A stretch of 64,000 bases of DNA, from contig NC_057718.1 in assembly GCF_004010195.1 (NCBI RefSeq), forward strand, positions 32,624,486-32,688,485, written 5' to 3'. Below, one piece after another: positions 1-11,999 of this stretch. How positions within the stretch are numbered: position 1 is the stretch's first letter; each line of letters starts with the position of its first letter. This DNA comes from Chiloscyllium plagiosum (Eukaryota). Under the pieces are notes generated by a model. The model worked only from the letters and a program-made list of their open reading frames with translations. It did no database searches and was not told the DNA's origin. Both the position numbers and the translations under genes were made by a program.

Positions 1-1017
1 ACTGCTCTGCCCTCATCAATCTTCTTTGTTACTTCTTCAAAAAACTCAATCAAGTTTGTGAGACATGATTCCCATGCACAAAGCCATATTGACTATCCCT
101 AATCAGTCCTTGCCTTTCCAAATACATGTACATCTTGTCCCTCAGGATTCCCTCCAACAACTTGCCCACCACTGTGGTCAGGCTTCCCTGGCTTGTCTTT
201 ACTGCCCTTCTTAAACAGTGACACCATGTTAGCCAACCTCCAGTCTTCCGGCACCTCACCTGTGACTATCGATGATACAAATATCTCAGCAAGAGGCCAG
301 CAATCACTTCTCTAGCTTCCCACAGAGTTCTCGGGTACACCTGATCAGGTCCTGGGGATCTATCCACCTTTACCCGTTTCAAGACATCCAGCACTTCGTC
401 CTCTGTAATATGGACATTTTGCAAGATGTCACCATCCAGTTCCCTACAGTCTATATTTTCCACAGTAAATACTGATGCAAAATACTCGTTTAGTATCTCC
501 ACTATTTTCTGCGGCTCCACACAAAGGTCGCTTTGCTGATCTTTGAGGGGCCCTATTCTCTCCCTAGTTACCCTTTTGTCCTTAATGTATTTGTAAAAAC
601 CCTTTGGATTCTCCTTAATTCTATTTGCTGAAGCTATCTCATGTCCCCTTTTTTGTCTTCCTGATTTCCCTCTTAAGTATACTCCTACTTCCTTTATACA
701 CTTCTAAGGATTCACTCGATCTATCATGTGTATCCCTTAAATATGCTTCCTTCTTTTTCTTAACCAAACACTCAATTTCTTTAGTCATCCAGCAATCCAT
801 ATACATACCAGCCTTTCCTTTCACCCTAACAGGAATATACTTTCTCTGGATTCTCGTTATCTCATTTCTGAAGGCTTCCCATTTTCCAGCCGTCCCTTTG
901 CCTGCGAACATCTGCACCCAATCAGCTTTCGAAAGTTCTTGCCAAATACCATCAAAGTTGGCCTTTCTCCAATTTAGAACTTCAACTTTTTGATCAGTTC
1001 TATACTTTTCCATCATT
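1..1017 (-). mobile_element. CR1/HER1-type LINE fragment (ORF2), degenerate
   Basis: Broken ORFs: LNWRKANFDGI, VDRSPGPDQVYPRTL, VVGKLLEGILRD...SQYGF. Ends at an N-gap. Confidence 0.85.
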
Positions 1018-3242
1018 NNNNNNNNNNNNNNNNNNNNNNNNNNNNNNNNNNNNNNNNNNNNNNNNNNNNNNNNNNNNNNNNNNNNNNNNNNNNNNNNNNN
1101 NNNNNNNNNNNNNNNNNNNNNNNNNNNNNNNNNNNNNNNNNNNNNNNNNNNNNNNNNNNNNNNNNNNNNNNNNNNNNNNNNNNNNNNNNNNNNNNNNNNN
1201 NNNNNNNNNNNNNNNNNNNNNNNNNNNNNNNNNNNNNNNNNNNNNNNNNNNNNNNNNNNNNNNNNNNNNNNNNNNNNNNNNNNNNNNNNNNNNNNNNNNN
1301 NNNNNNNNNNNNNNNNNNNNNNNNNNNNNNNNNNNNNNNNNNNNNNNNNNNNNNNNNNNNNNNNNNNNNNNNNNNNNNNNNNNNNNNNNNNNNNNNNNNN
1401 NNNNNNNNNNNNNNNNNNNNNNNNNNNNNNNNNNNNNNNNNNNNNNNNNNNNNNNNNNNNNNNNNNNNNNNNNNNNNNNNNNNNNNNNNNNNNNNNNNNN
1501 NNNNNNNNNNNNNNNNNGTCCAATGATCCTTCTTCAGAACCAAAGAAAGATTATTGGGCGTGAAATGTTAATTCTGCTTTCTTGCTACAGATGCTGACAG
1601 ACCTGCTATATTTTTCCAGCAAATTCAGTTTTAGAAGCGGCATTGGTTGAAGGAACTTAATACAGTAGCAATATAGCCTAACATTTCTAGAATTCAGTGA
1701 ATATATATAGCACTCTGTTTAAAGATCAAGTATGCATTTCACAATCAGCACTTCCTACTGCCACACAATGAAATCTCTTACACTAAAAGCTCTAAGATAA
1801 ATAGAATTCATTTATGTCCAAACGTATGGGAGTCATAAGCTCCTGCTTGTTGCTGGTTTTTTTTACTCTGATTATGTGCTTCACTGAGTGAAGTGGCACC
1901 ACCATTTAATAGAAGCATAGTCAAATAGACAGTTGCATAGGACACAAGTGCCCCAAAACAATGGCTGTTACTGATGACCTGCCTTGTGCCAAAGGCATTC
2001 ACAGCATGTTGCAGCACAGAAATAGATCATTCAGTCCGAGTCTATGCCACTATTTTTCTCCATTTGAATCACCAACTATCCCGTTCACTCCTAATACTGG
2101 CATTCAGAATTGAAAAGGGATCAGGCTACAATGGGAATCTGGGGAAACAGATCAAGATCAAGGCAGGCATGGACTAGGGGGCATGGACTAGCAGGCAGCC
2201 AGGCCAGAGTAGGAGAGATCCAAATGTAGGAGAAGAATCTAAAAGGATCTCCTAAATCATTTCCCTCGGCCTAGATTGTTTCTGTTGTCAACAGATGAGC
2301 TATAGCTAGTTCTGTGTTTAAAATAGTTGGTATGTCCCATGTGTAATTGTGGCATTTAACTTGGGTTCATGTCCCTATGCAAAGGGTAATCTTCCCATGC
2401 CTGAATCAGGCAATGAGAAATTGCTTGAGGCAGGACTGTGAAACAAGTATTTCCCTGATTTGACTCCTTTTTGCAGTTTTCCAAGCAGGCTTGGATGTTA
2501 AAATTGGTCCTCATATCTTTATTATGCCCCTGTGAATTGCCTGGAGATGTTTTCCAATGTTATAGGTGCAATAAAGATACATATTCTTGTTACTATGTAA
2601 GTTGCAGCAAACATAAAGGCAATTCCTTTCAGAATTTTAAATAACACACTGAAAGTTAATAGAGGAGCAGAGTAGATCTTGAGGGAATTGAGGAAAAAAA
2701 AGCAGGTGCGGCAACACATAACATTCTTGTACACATGCAACTTCCACCAGGACTGGCCCAAACATTGATTCTTGGGTGTGTCAGTTGAAAGCAGTTCTAC
2801 TTTTCAAAGAAGGTCAGGATGCTCTGCTGCTTCTTACTTACCCACAGATTTAATTTTGTGCCCTCTGCATTGGTTTCTACTCACTTGACATTTTTACCTT
2901 CTCAGGCTCTTCTTCCTTTACCCACCTTCTCAGAAGCTATTGTTGAGAATCTGTTTTGATTATAAAATAATTTCTAAAAACTGAAACATACTTGCGAGAC
3001 ACGTGGACACATCCTTTTAGGTAAAACAATGTTTTACACATTCTGAATTAAACAAATTTTGCCTCAAAGGAAACTACACTACTGGGGACTGATGCTTGTT
3101 TTGCCAGGTAAAGTGGCAAATAGCTTTGTACTTTCGGTACTTTCTTTATGTCCCCTTTTATTCCTATTATGTATCATGGCTTTGCTTTTACGAGCCACAA
3201 AAAGAGCAATAGAAGACAAAAAAAATCAGCACAAGTAATGTT

Positions 3243-4945
3243 GTGACATTAAAGATTTTATGTTTTAATAAGCTACTGGTGTCAAAAATACATTACCTCA
3301 TTAGATTAAAATTTCCCATACAGAATAAGGTATTAAAAGCCAAGCTGTATAGATATTAAATATTTGTAATAAAAACTATGGCTGTTAATATTAGAACTGA
3401 AACACTGGCATAATATTTTAGCAACATGCTTGCATTGTCTATTTAATTTGAGACTGCATCAAGCTTAAAAACCCGAAAAGTTTGCTGCAACCCTAACCCT
3501 CCAAATGCATTGACGTTTTTTAGCCATAAAAAAAATGGTTCTTCAACTTCAAATTCATTGTACCATGATACTTTCCTTTGTTTTTAAGAAGTGACTCTTG
3601 GTATTTAATTCCTTTTAAATGTTTCATTCAGGTTAAAAAAAAATCAGTGTTCAAAACTTGTGGCATTTGAAGGGTTCCCAGCAATGGAAAAATAGCTTTA
3701 TCATTGAAAAGTATATGTATTGAGGTCAAACCTTTTCAGTCTGTTGTAAGTGTGGCCCTGTTGAAAATACAATGGGGATGAAGTATCAAGATATAATGTT
3801 ACCCTCTGTAGAATGCCCTTATAAAGGGAAATGTGAGCTCAATGAATGAATCAGAAAATTTGAAATATGAGGCTCCATTGTTTTCCAATGACAGTGAGAA
3901 TTGACCATTTTAACCTCAAATTTGAGACTTTTTAGAAATATTTTGCCATTTTTTTAATACAGTAAAATTTAAAACAAAGGCCTTATTTATCTCACATACT
4001 GCATAAAGGTTTGACTTTAGTTCAGCAGGTCCCACAAAGATGCACAACAGATCGACAGAATAAAAGAACTGTTATACCTGACCAAAGAAAAAAATACAAC
4101 TAAATATACTTTAAATCTTTTACATTTGTGTTTTGATGTATTCTCTTACTGTGCATTGTATATGTAAAATATTCCAGGTTTTTTTTAATAAAACATTAAT
4201 ACTAAATTATTGGCAGCTTGCCTTTTTCAAGATGCCCCTAGGTTACCACTGACCAGAATACCAATTGTATGCAAAACCAGCACTAAGTAATAAAATGACG
4301 CTTTAACTTGATTATATGAATACAAGTAGAAATCCATTCTCTTTCTGCTACTTGAAGTACCAGTACAAGATTAACATCAAAAATCTATAAATCTTTAAAA
4401 GCTTAATATTTAGTAAATGAACAACCAAAAAAAACAAAGCTTATTGAAGCTACAATGTGCAACTGAACAAAATGTCCACATACAACAAATCTGCTTTCTA
4501 ATATAAATTTTTAGCCATTAGTATTTTAATTCACTGAGCATCTGTAGGAAAAAAATAATGGAACATTTTAATTGTCTTAAAAAAATTAAGTGCATTTCTT
4601 TCAACACAAGAAAATAGCTGCTTTTTAATTGAAAGAGAGCAAGTAGAGAATTAGAAAAGAACAACATAATGCTACTGGAAAAAAAGAACTGAGAACTTGT
4701 TCTCAAAATGAACGATGTTTTAGTTGAAAATTGAGAAACATTAGACTTGATTGATGTGAAGCTATAATGACAAGAATAACAGAATACAGTTTAATTTACG
4801 AAAAGTTATTAGGCAAAGATGTGGACATGTTGAACAAATAAGTGATTCTTTAAACTACATGTCGATAATAGACTACTTGCAAAATATATCTTTAGAAACT
4901 GAAGCAGTTATCACAGTTCAGGCTAGTGGTTTAATGCAGAACCAT
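3243..4945 (-). other. EPAS1: Probable EPAS1 3'UTR
   Basis: Repeat-free AT-rich stretch after the stop codon. Minus-strand ATTAAA at 3269-3264 is followed about 25 nt later by a U/GU-rich tract (3240-3190). Confidence 0.6.
3264..3269 (-). terminator. Candidate polyadenylation signal (ATTAAA)
   Basis: Downstream minus-strand sequence cttgtgctgatttttttttgtcttctattgctctttttgtgg fits a downstream element. The alternative AATAAA at 3162-3157 lacks one. Confidence 0.5.
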
Positions 4946-5097
4946 TTAAGTTGCTTGGTCGAGCGCTCTAAGCAATTCACGTCCGTGCAGAAGTGTTGAG
5001 TTCCCTACTACAGGTGCGTTGACTTCACAGTCATATCTTGTTAACTCTGGCAAGGAATAAGCAAGGTACGTTGAACCCAAAAGACGGCTTGCCACTC
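4946..5097 (-). CDS. EPAS1: EPAS1 last coding exon, C-terminal transactivation domain
   Basis: (G)[49 protein letters not shown]. Acceptor caacag|GA; TAA at 4948-4946. The DQAT ending is HIF-2alpha-type. Confidence 0.97.
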
Positions 5098-6577
5098 CTG
5101 TTGTGATAAGAATGTATAAAGAAACATTTATATTATGATTTAAAATACGTTGCACCAAACATTATATTGGGAAGTATTGACTTGACTATTCAGAATATAG
5201 CGCACCTCATTGTTTGTGCAGTCCCGACAAATGCAAGTGAATGACAGACATACTTAGGATGAATATTTTTAACAGGTGAAGAGAAAAGTAAATACGATGT
5301 GGTAGAAATTAGGGTGCACTGGAGGACAAAAGATCTTTCTGTGGTTTGCTGTGACGTAGTTCACCTGAATGTTAGCCAACTATTTCAAAAAGCTTAACCT
5401 CAATTTTGACCGTTGAGTGTTGCCAAAATTTGCCATGGATTACTGTTGAACCAACTTCTGAACTGAACAAACTTTTAAACACACTGAATTGGTTACTTAC
5501 AGTTCATGGGAACCCTAACTTGGCTCTGGCCAAATGGCCCAGGGCAGGATGGTGCCAAGAACCAAGCATGCCAACGGGCAGCATAAAATTCCGTATTCAC
5601 CCACTTCTATTGAGGTCTAAAAATTCAACCCTTTGAATTTGTGCACTCATGTAAAATAAGTGACAGTGGGCAGCTCTCACTTATAGTGAGCTTTGAGACA
5701 GCAAAACTTAATTAGTTGAGGTGTCATTGGGCTTGAAATCCTGCATGCTCCCCCCCACCTCCACTGGAAATAAGTTCTGGCCAGAAGACATATGGCCAAC
5801 CTTCCCTCCCCACTGCCAATTGAGGTTTTTAAGCCATTTAATGATCTTTTAAGGGCCTCATCCTGCAACCAATGAGATTAAGCCAGTTGCAGGCAAGCCT
5901 GTAGGGATTAGACCATGGAAAGGGCTCTATTAAGAGTCACAATCCCTATCCCTACTATTCCCTCTTCCTGTGACCCCATGTTCCATATCTGAGACCTGGG
6001 TCATTCTGCAATCCTGAGACATTTTGCCCACTGACCAGCCTCTGTTTGGCCTTGGTAGTTGAGACTTCCACTCCTAGGGTCATGAATCTAGGGGAAGGCT
6101 TGGTGTCGTAAATATGGACAGGAATTCCTAGAAGCATAGCATTCCAACCAGAGCTCTATCAACAAACACATTGACTTAGAACCCATTTACCACCCATTGA
6201 GAAAAAGATCAGGGAATGACATCACCACAGTAAATGATGTCATCACAGGAAATTACATCGCCAACCCAAGGAAACCTAAACACATATTTATAGTGTGGTG
6301 ACAAAATGTCTGAAAACGAACCTTCCAGCTCAGTGAGCAAAGCTACATCCAGAACCTCAACCTGAGCTACAAATCTTCTCAAAATCTCACTGGCTCTCAG
6401 CCCTGACATCTCAATAAGATTCCACTCAGTGGGTTGGTTTGTCATTTTACATATCTCTATTTTTCTGTTTCCCTTGTGGTTAATGCATTCAGTATCACCA
6501 TGTTTACAGTGATTGCACCAGGGCAACATTTGATCAGCATTTTTATATTGATCTTACTATTATTATTTTCTTAAATG

Positions 6578-7152
6578 TCATGATCAGAGCATTGAGTATA
6601 TGAGTTGGGAGGTCATGCAGCGGCTGTCCAAGACATTGGTTAGGTCACTTTTGGAATATTGTGAGCAATCCTGGTCTCCCTCCAAAGGAAAGATGTTGCG
6701 AAACTTGAAAGGTTTCAGAAAAGATTCAGTAGGATATTGCCAAGGTTGGAGGGTTTGAGCTATGGGGTGAGGTTGAATAGGCTGGAGCATCGGAGGCTGA
6801 GGGGTGACCTTATAGAGGTTTATAAAATTATGAGCGGCATGGATAGGGTAAATAGACAAGGTCTTTTCCCTTGGGGTGGGGGAGTCCAGGGAAAAGATTT
6901 AAAAGGGACCTAAGAGGCAACTTTGTCACACAGAGGGTGGTACGTGTATGGAAGGAGCTAGCAGAGAAATGGAGGCTAGTACAATTACAACATTTAAAAG
7001 GCACCTAGATGGATATATAAATAGGAAGGGTTTGGAGGGATATGGGCTAAATGCTGGGATATGGGACTAGATTAATTTAGGATATCTGGTTGGCACAGAC
7101 GAGTTAGACCAAAGGGACTCTTTCCGTGCTGTACATCTCAATGACTCTATGA
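6578..7152 (+). mobile_element. CR1-type LINE 3' fragment
   Basis: End of ORF2 (RLRGDLIEVYKIM-like) plus 3' tail ending atgactctatg. Confidence 0.85.
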
Positions 7153-7448
7153 ATGTTTGGATTTCAGTTGCCAATTCAATTTGCTACTTCCATCATTTTA
7201 AAGTGGTAGTTGCTGTGGTAAGAGTCACCAGCAAAGTTGAATTTGAGTTGTAAACCAAATTAATAAACACAATATATACAGGGCAATATATAAATTTGCA
7301 TTTTCTATTTGAATTTCTGCTTAGTAAATGCAACTATGGATGATTTTATGTTTAGTAAGCCAGGAAATAAATAATTGAAGGAGATACAAGTTAAAAGGGA
7401 TTGAGTACAGAAAAGGATGCAGGCAGGTCTGGAACATTCCATTCTTAC

Positions 7449-7578
7449 CTGTAAGTGACCCTGAACTCCAGGACTTTTTCTGTGTTAATAGGGAATTATT
7501 TTCAGATTTAATGCTCTTCATTCTCTTCCATAGCATTTGTGAAGTGTGACTCCTTGGTGAATCTTCACACAGAGAGTC
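7449..7578 (-). CDS. EPAS1: EPAS1 exon (equivalent to exon 14), WKRMK motif
   Basis: DSLCEDSPRSHTSQMLWKRMKSIKSENNSLLTQKKSWSSGSLT(G). Acceptor ctttaag|GAC, donor G|gtaag; 130 nt, phase 0/1. Confidence 0.88.
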
Positions 7579-7814
7579 CTTAAAGTGAATTAGAACATCA
7601 GTTCATTCAAATCCATTTAATTACATAGTACAGACACAATTGTACAAGTTCGAGTCTTTTGGAAATCTTAATATACCTCATCAACTCGCTCAACATTATC
7701 TACAATGCTAGATACGTGCTCAAAAAGCTCCAGTGAGTTTGTCAAACATGACCTCACTTTCGTAAAACTATGTGGTTGTGTCTTATGATACTGTGATTCA
7801 ATTAACACATTAGT

Positions 7815-8808
7815 TCAATCTGGATAAATGCGAGGTATTGCATTTTGGAACGACAAACAAAGATAGGATATATACAATTAATGGCAGGGCCTTGGGTAAT
7901 GTTGTAGATGAGGGACCTTGGGGTTCAGGTACATAATTCTATGAAGTTTGTATCACATATAGAAGGGTAGTTAAAAAGACATTTGGCACGGTCACATTCA
8001 TTGTTCAGTCCTTTGAGTATAGGAGTTGGGAAGTCATGTTGATGTTGTACAGGACATTGGTGAGACCTCTTCTGGAATACTGCATCCAATTCTGGTCACC
8101 CGGTTATAGGAAAGCTATTATTAAGCTGGAGAGGGTGCAGGAGAGATTTACCAGGATGTTGCCGGCTGCAGAAGGTTTGAGTTATAAAGAAAGGCTGGGA
8201 CTTTTCTCACTGGAGCCAAGGAGGTTGAGAGGTGACCTTACAGAAGTTTATAAAATAATGAGGGGTATAGATAGAGTTAATGGTAGTTGTCTTTTCCCTC
8301 GGATGGGAAAAAAGTGAGGACTGCAGATGCTGGAGATCAGAGCTGAAAATGTGTTGCTGGAAAAGCGCAGCAGGTCAGGCAGCATCCAAGGAGCAGGAGA
8401 ATCGACGTTTCGGGCATGAGCCTGAAGAAGGGCTCATGCCCGAAACATCGATTCTCCTGCTCCTTGGATGCTGCCTGACCTGCTGCGTTTTTCCAGCAAC
8501 ACATTTTCAGCTTTTCCCTCGGATGGGTGATTTCAAGACTAGGGGACTTTTTTTAAGATGAGGAAAGAAGTTTAAAAAAGACATGGGGGAAAATATTTTA
8601 CACAAAGGATAGTTCGGGTGTGGAATGAACTTTCTGAAAAAGTGGCATAATTACAACGTTTAAATTATATTTTGATAAGTATGTGAATAGGAGAGGTTTG
8701 GAGCGACATGGGCCAGGTGCAGGCAGGTGGGATAATTTAATTTGGGATTGTGTTTGCCATGGACTATTTGGATCATAGGGTATGTTTCTATGCTGTATGA
8801 CTCTATGT
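7815..8808 (+). mobile_element. CR1-type LINE 3' fragment interrupted by a small Penelope-derived element
   Basis: ORF LYRTLVRPLLEYCIQFWSP...RLRGDLTEVYKIM; tail tatgactctatg. Confidence 0.85.
8308..8510. mobile_element. Non-autonomous palindromic Penelope-derived element with 17-bp TSD
   Basis: cttttccctcggatggg at 8291-8307 and 8511-8527. Inverted arms of about 80 bp match Penelope termini elsewhere in the window. Confidence 0.8.
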
Positions 8809-9898
8809 TAAGATTTTTTCAATAATAGATCACAACATTTTTACAATGGCTAATATTAGGCTAACTGGCTTGTGGTTCCCAGTTTTCTCTCTCTTTCCTT
8901 TCCTTTCTTGATTTGCAGTGATACATTTACTGACTTCCAATTTGGTGAGGCCATTTTAGAATCCAGAGAATTTTCAAAAATCATAAGTGCAACTAGTATC
9001 TCAGCAGCTACCTCAATCCAAAGATATAAGAGATCAAATCCTGAAGATGTGTTGGTTTTTAGTCCCTTAAGTTACCCTATTATGTTTTTCTCTGCTAAGA
9101 TTAATTACTTTAAGTTCTTCACTTATATTATTCTTTAGATTCCCTTTGACTTCTACTTTGTAACCTGTATCTTCCCTAGAGACAGACTGAACATATATTT
9201 GTTCACCATCTCTACTATTTTTTCATTCCCCATGGTAACTTTTATCTTTTATTTTATTACCCTGGCCGGTTTACTTTCCTATTTTCTACCATTTAATCCA
9301 GTTTTTGATCCCTTTTGCTGTTTTTTAAAATTCTTATAATCCCCATACTTTATACTGCTACAGGTAAAGCAAAATGTAGTATGACTTAAATTGTTTAATA
9401 TATTATGTGATAAACATATTTTACCAAACTATGAAATGCAAACTTGTTTGATGACAATGGAAATTGGGTTAATAAAGGTCTACATGAATCTTCCACCTTT
9501 AAACATTGCACTGGATTCCATGTTTGGAACTCACTTCAAGTGAGTTAACCTAAACCTGATTCAAGGGCACATTCTTAAACTCTGCATGACTAAGTTAATT
9601 TTAACTTGTTGCTTTGTCTTAAATGGCTGCGTATGTTAATAAGTTGGCATTTTATTTGACAGTACAAAATACATGAAACTGGTAATATAACCATTGAAAA
9701 TAATTTGAGTATTTTAGCCTCTTAAAATTGAGTTGACTCTTTGAGGTTTCTGAAAATCATACCATAGGATCGTATCAAAGCACTGTGCCACAAAGGTCAC
9801 ATATTATCACTGGCACCTGGCTGTTAAACAAATTAAATATCAAAATGAAAAAAGCATTTTGAAAATGCCCACTCCAAATTTTTTGCAAATGGACTTAC

Positions 9899-10016
9899 TG
9901 CTGATGGTTGGAATATCTGCTCTCCAAAGTCCAGCTGCCGTTTGCGTTTTAGGTTGGTTCTGAGTATCATTTCGTTGGTAATGTCTTTCCCATGTTGTCC
10001 AAAGTTGTCCAGAGAT
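9899..10016 (-). CDS. EPAS1: EPAS1 exon (equivalent to exon 13), first basic cluster of the NLS region
   Basis: (R)SLDNFGQHGKDITNEMILRTNLKRKRQLDFGEQIFQPSA, resembling human KLKLKRQLEYEEQAFQ. Acceptor tttag|A, donor GCA|gtaagt; 118 nt, phase 2/0. Confidence 0.88.
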
Positions 10017-11870
10017 CTAAACCAAGCAGTAATATGGTGTGAGAAACACTTTTCCAATCCTTTCCCCCCTCTTTTTCGATTCTGAAGACACTGGCATTGA
10101 AATTGGTCTTCACCAGTTGTGCAAGGTGGCCTCGTAACAAATTGGCAGACCAATTTTCATTTCCACTGCCTTTTGGCAATTGGCTCATTTCACTCCTATT
10201 CATTCCTTGGTTCATTGGTTGTTGATCTCTCAAGGAGTGCACTGCTGAAGACATAATTCTTCATTTGAAACCCTGGAGAGTGTGTGCTAACAAAATAGAT
10301 GGCTGTGAGAGATGCTGCATCAAAACTTGAAATCATTTGAATTCAATCTCTGCTTCAGGAGCAAGAACCATTATTGGATATCGACCAGGAGAGGGAATCT
10401 TGGCCAGTTCTCCTCCCTAGACAAGAGTGAGACAGCCTATAACTAGCTCAGTTAAAACTAGTAAATCAGCACCGAGCTACAGTCTCTAATCTGTGTGAGT
10501 TTGTGAGCTTAACAGGTGAGGCTTCTGTGATTCACCTGCCTCAACTAAAGTTTTCTCCTTTTAAAACAAAAAGAATGTTGCAGAAACTCAGGAGTGGCAA
10601 CATCTGTGGTGAGAAAGAAATAGTTATTGTTTCAAGTCCAGTAAGACTCCTCTTCAGAACTTCAGGTTTATTGGAGTTCTGAAGAAGAGTCATACCAGAC
10701 TTTTCTCTTTCCATGCATGCTGCCAGACCTGCTGAGTTTCTTAAGCATTCTCTGCATTTGTTTCAGATTTCCAGCATCAGCAGTATTTTGGCCTTTATTA
10801 AAGCCTTTTCTATACTGGTGGCCAAACAGACAACCCACTTCCAGTACCCTATCCTCTCCCTCACACCCTCCCAATACTGCCACAGTGACCAGGCATAGTA
10901 TATGAAGTAGAATTAGCTACCAAGATTCACTCTCCCTGTTCATCCTCCACTGTTATAAGGAAGTGCTCAAATACCTCAGGAAGAAAACAAACAGAATGGG
11001 AGCTCAGCCGCACTTACACACGCTGTATTATGTTCAGTATTGATTTCTTCATGCTTTCATATGTCTTTTGTTGGAAATTGGATTAAAGTGTAAATAACTT
11101 ATATTTGAACATTACTCAGAAGAAACTTAATCCTCAAACATTTAGACTTGTATTCATCAGGACAGAGTCAAGATTGTGGTGCTGGAAAAGCACAGCAGGT
11201 CAGGCAGTATCCGAGATACAGGAGAATTGATGTTTCAGGCAAAAAGCCCTTCATCAGGAATGAGGCTGTGAGCCAAGGGGTGGAGAGGTCAATTGGTGGG
11301 GGGGGAGGAAGGTAGCTGAGTGCGTGATAGGTAGATGGAGGTGGGGGTGAAGGTCTTGGTTGGAGAGGAGGGTGGAACGGATAGGTGGGAAGGAAGATGG
11401 ACAAATAGGACAGGTCATGAGGGTGGTGCTGAGTTGGAAGTTTGGAACTGAGATAAAGTGGGGGATGGGGAAATGAGGAAACTGGTGAAGTCCACATTAA
11501 TGCTGTGGGATTGGAGGGTCCCGAGGCGGAAGATGAGGCGTTCTTCCTCCAGATGTTGGGTGGCTAGGGAGTGGCGATGGAGGAGGTCCAGGACCTGCCT
11601 ATCCTTGGCAGAGTGGGAGGGGGAGTTGAAGTGTTCAGCCACGGGGCAGTGGGGTTAGTTGGTGTGGGTGTCCCAGAGATGTTCTCTGAAGCGCTCTGTG
11701 AGTAGGTGTCTGTCTCCCCAGTGTAGAGGAGACCGCATTGGGAATAAAGGATACAATAAATGACATGTGGAAGTGCAAATAAAACTTTGATGGATGTGGA
11801 AGGCTCCTTTGGGGCCTTGGATGGAGTTGAGGGGGAAGATGTGGGCGAAGGTTTTCAATTCCTGCGGTGG

Positions 11871-11999
11871 AGAAAGTGAGGTCTGCAGATGCTGGAGATC
11901 AGAGCTGAAAAGGATTCCTGAAGAAGGGCTTATGCCCGAAACGTCGATTCTCCTGTTCCCTGGATGTTGCCTGACCTGCTGCGCTTTTCCAGCAACACA
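11871..11999. mobile_element. Small Penelope-derived element nested in a Penelope copy, 19-bp TSD
   Basis: ttttcaattcctgcggtgg at 11852-11870 and 12000-12018. Confidence 0.8.
11911..11954 (+). ncRNA. Minimal type I hammerhead ribozyme motif (Penelope-associated)
   Basis: CTGAAGA (11918-11924), stem II GGGC-ttat-GCCC, GAAA, then CGTC (palindromic ACGT, GUC triplet). Imperfect helix I aggattc/gattctcct. Confidence 0.6.

Noticed and set aside
639..1543. Long ORFs containing X runs (also 30663-31219 and 50789-52697)
   Set aside because: Artefacts of reading through N gaps. The real parts are CR1 or Penelope fragments.
3000..3005. Isolated CACGTG/HRE sites (also 57141-57146)
   Set aside because: Expected by chance at this density and without supporting context.
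3157..3162. AATAAA as the main EPAS1 polyA signal
   Set aside because: Followed by A-rich rather than U/GU-rich sequence; kept only as an alternative.
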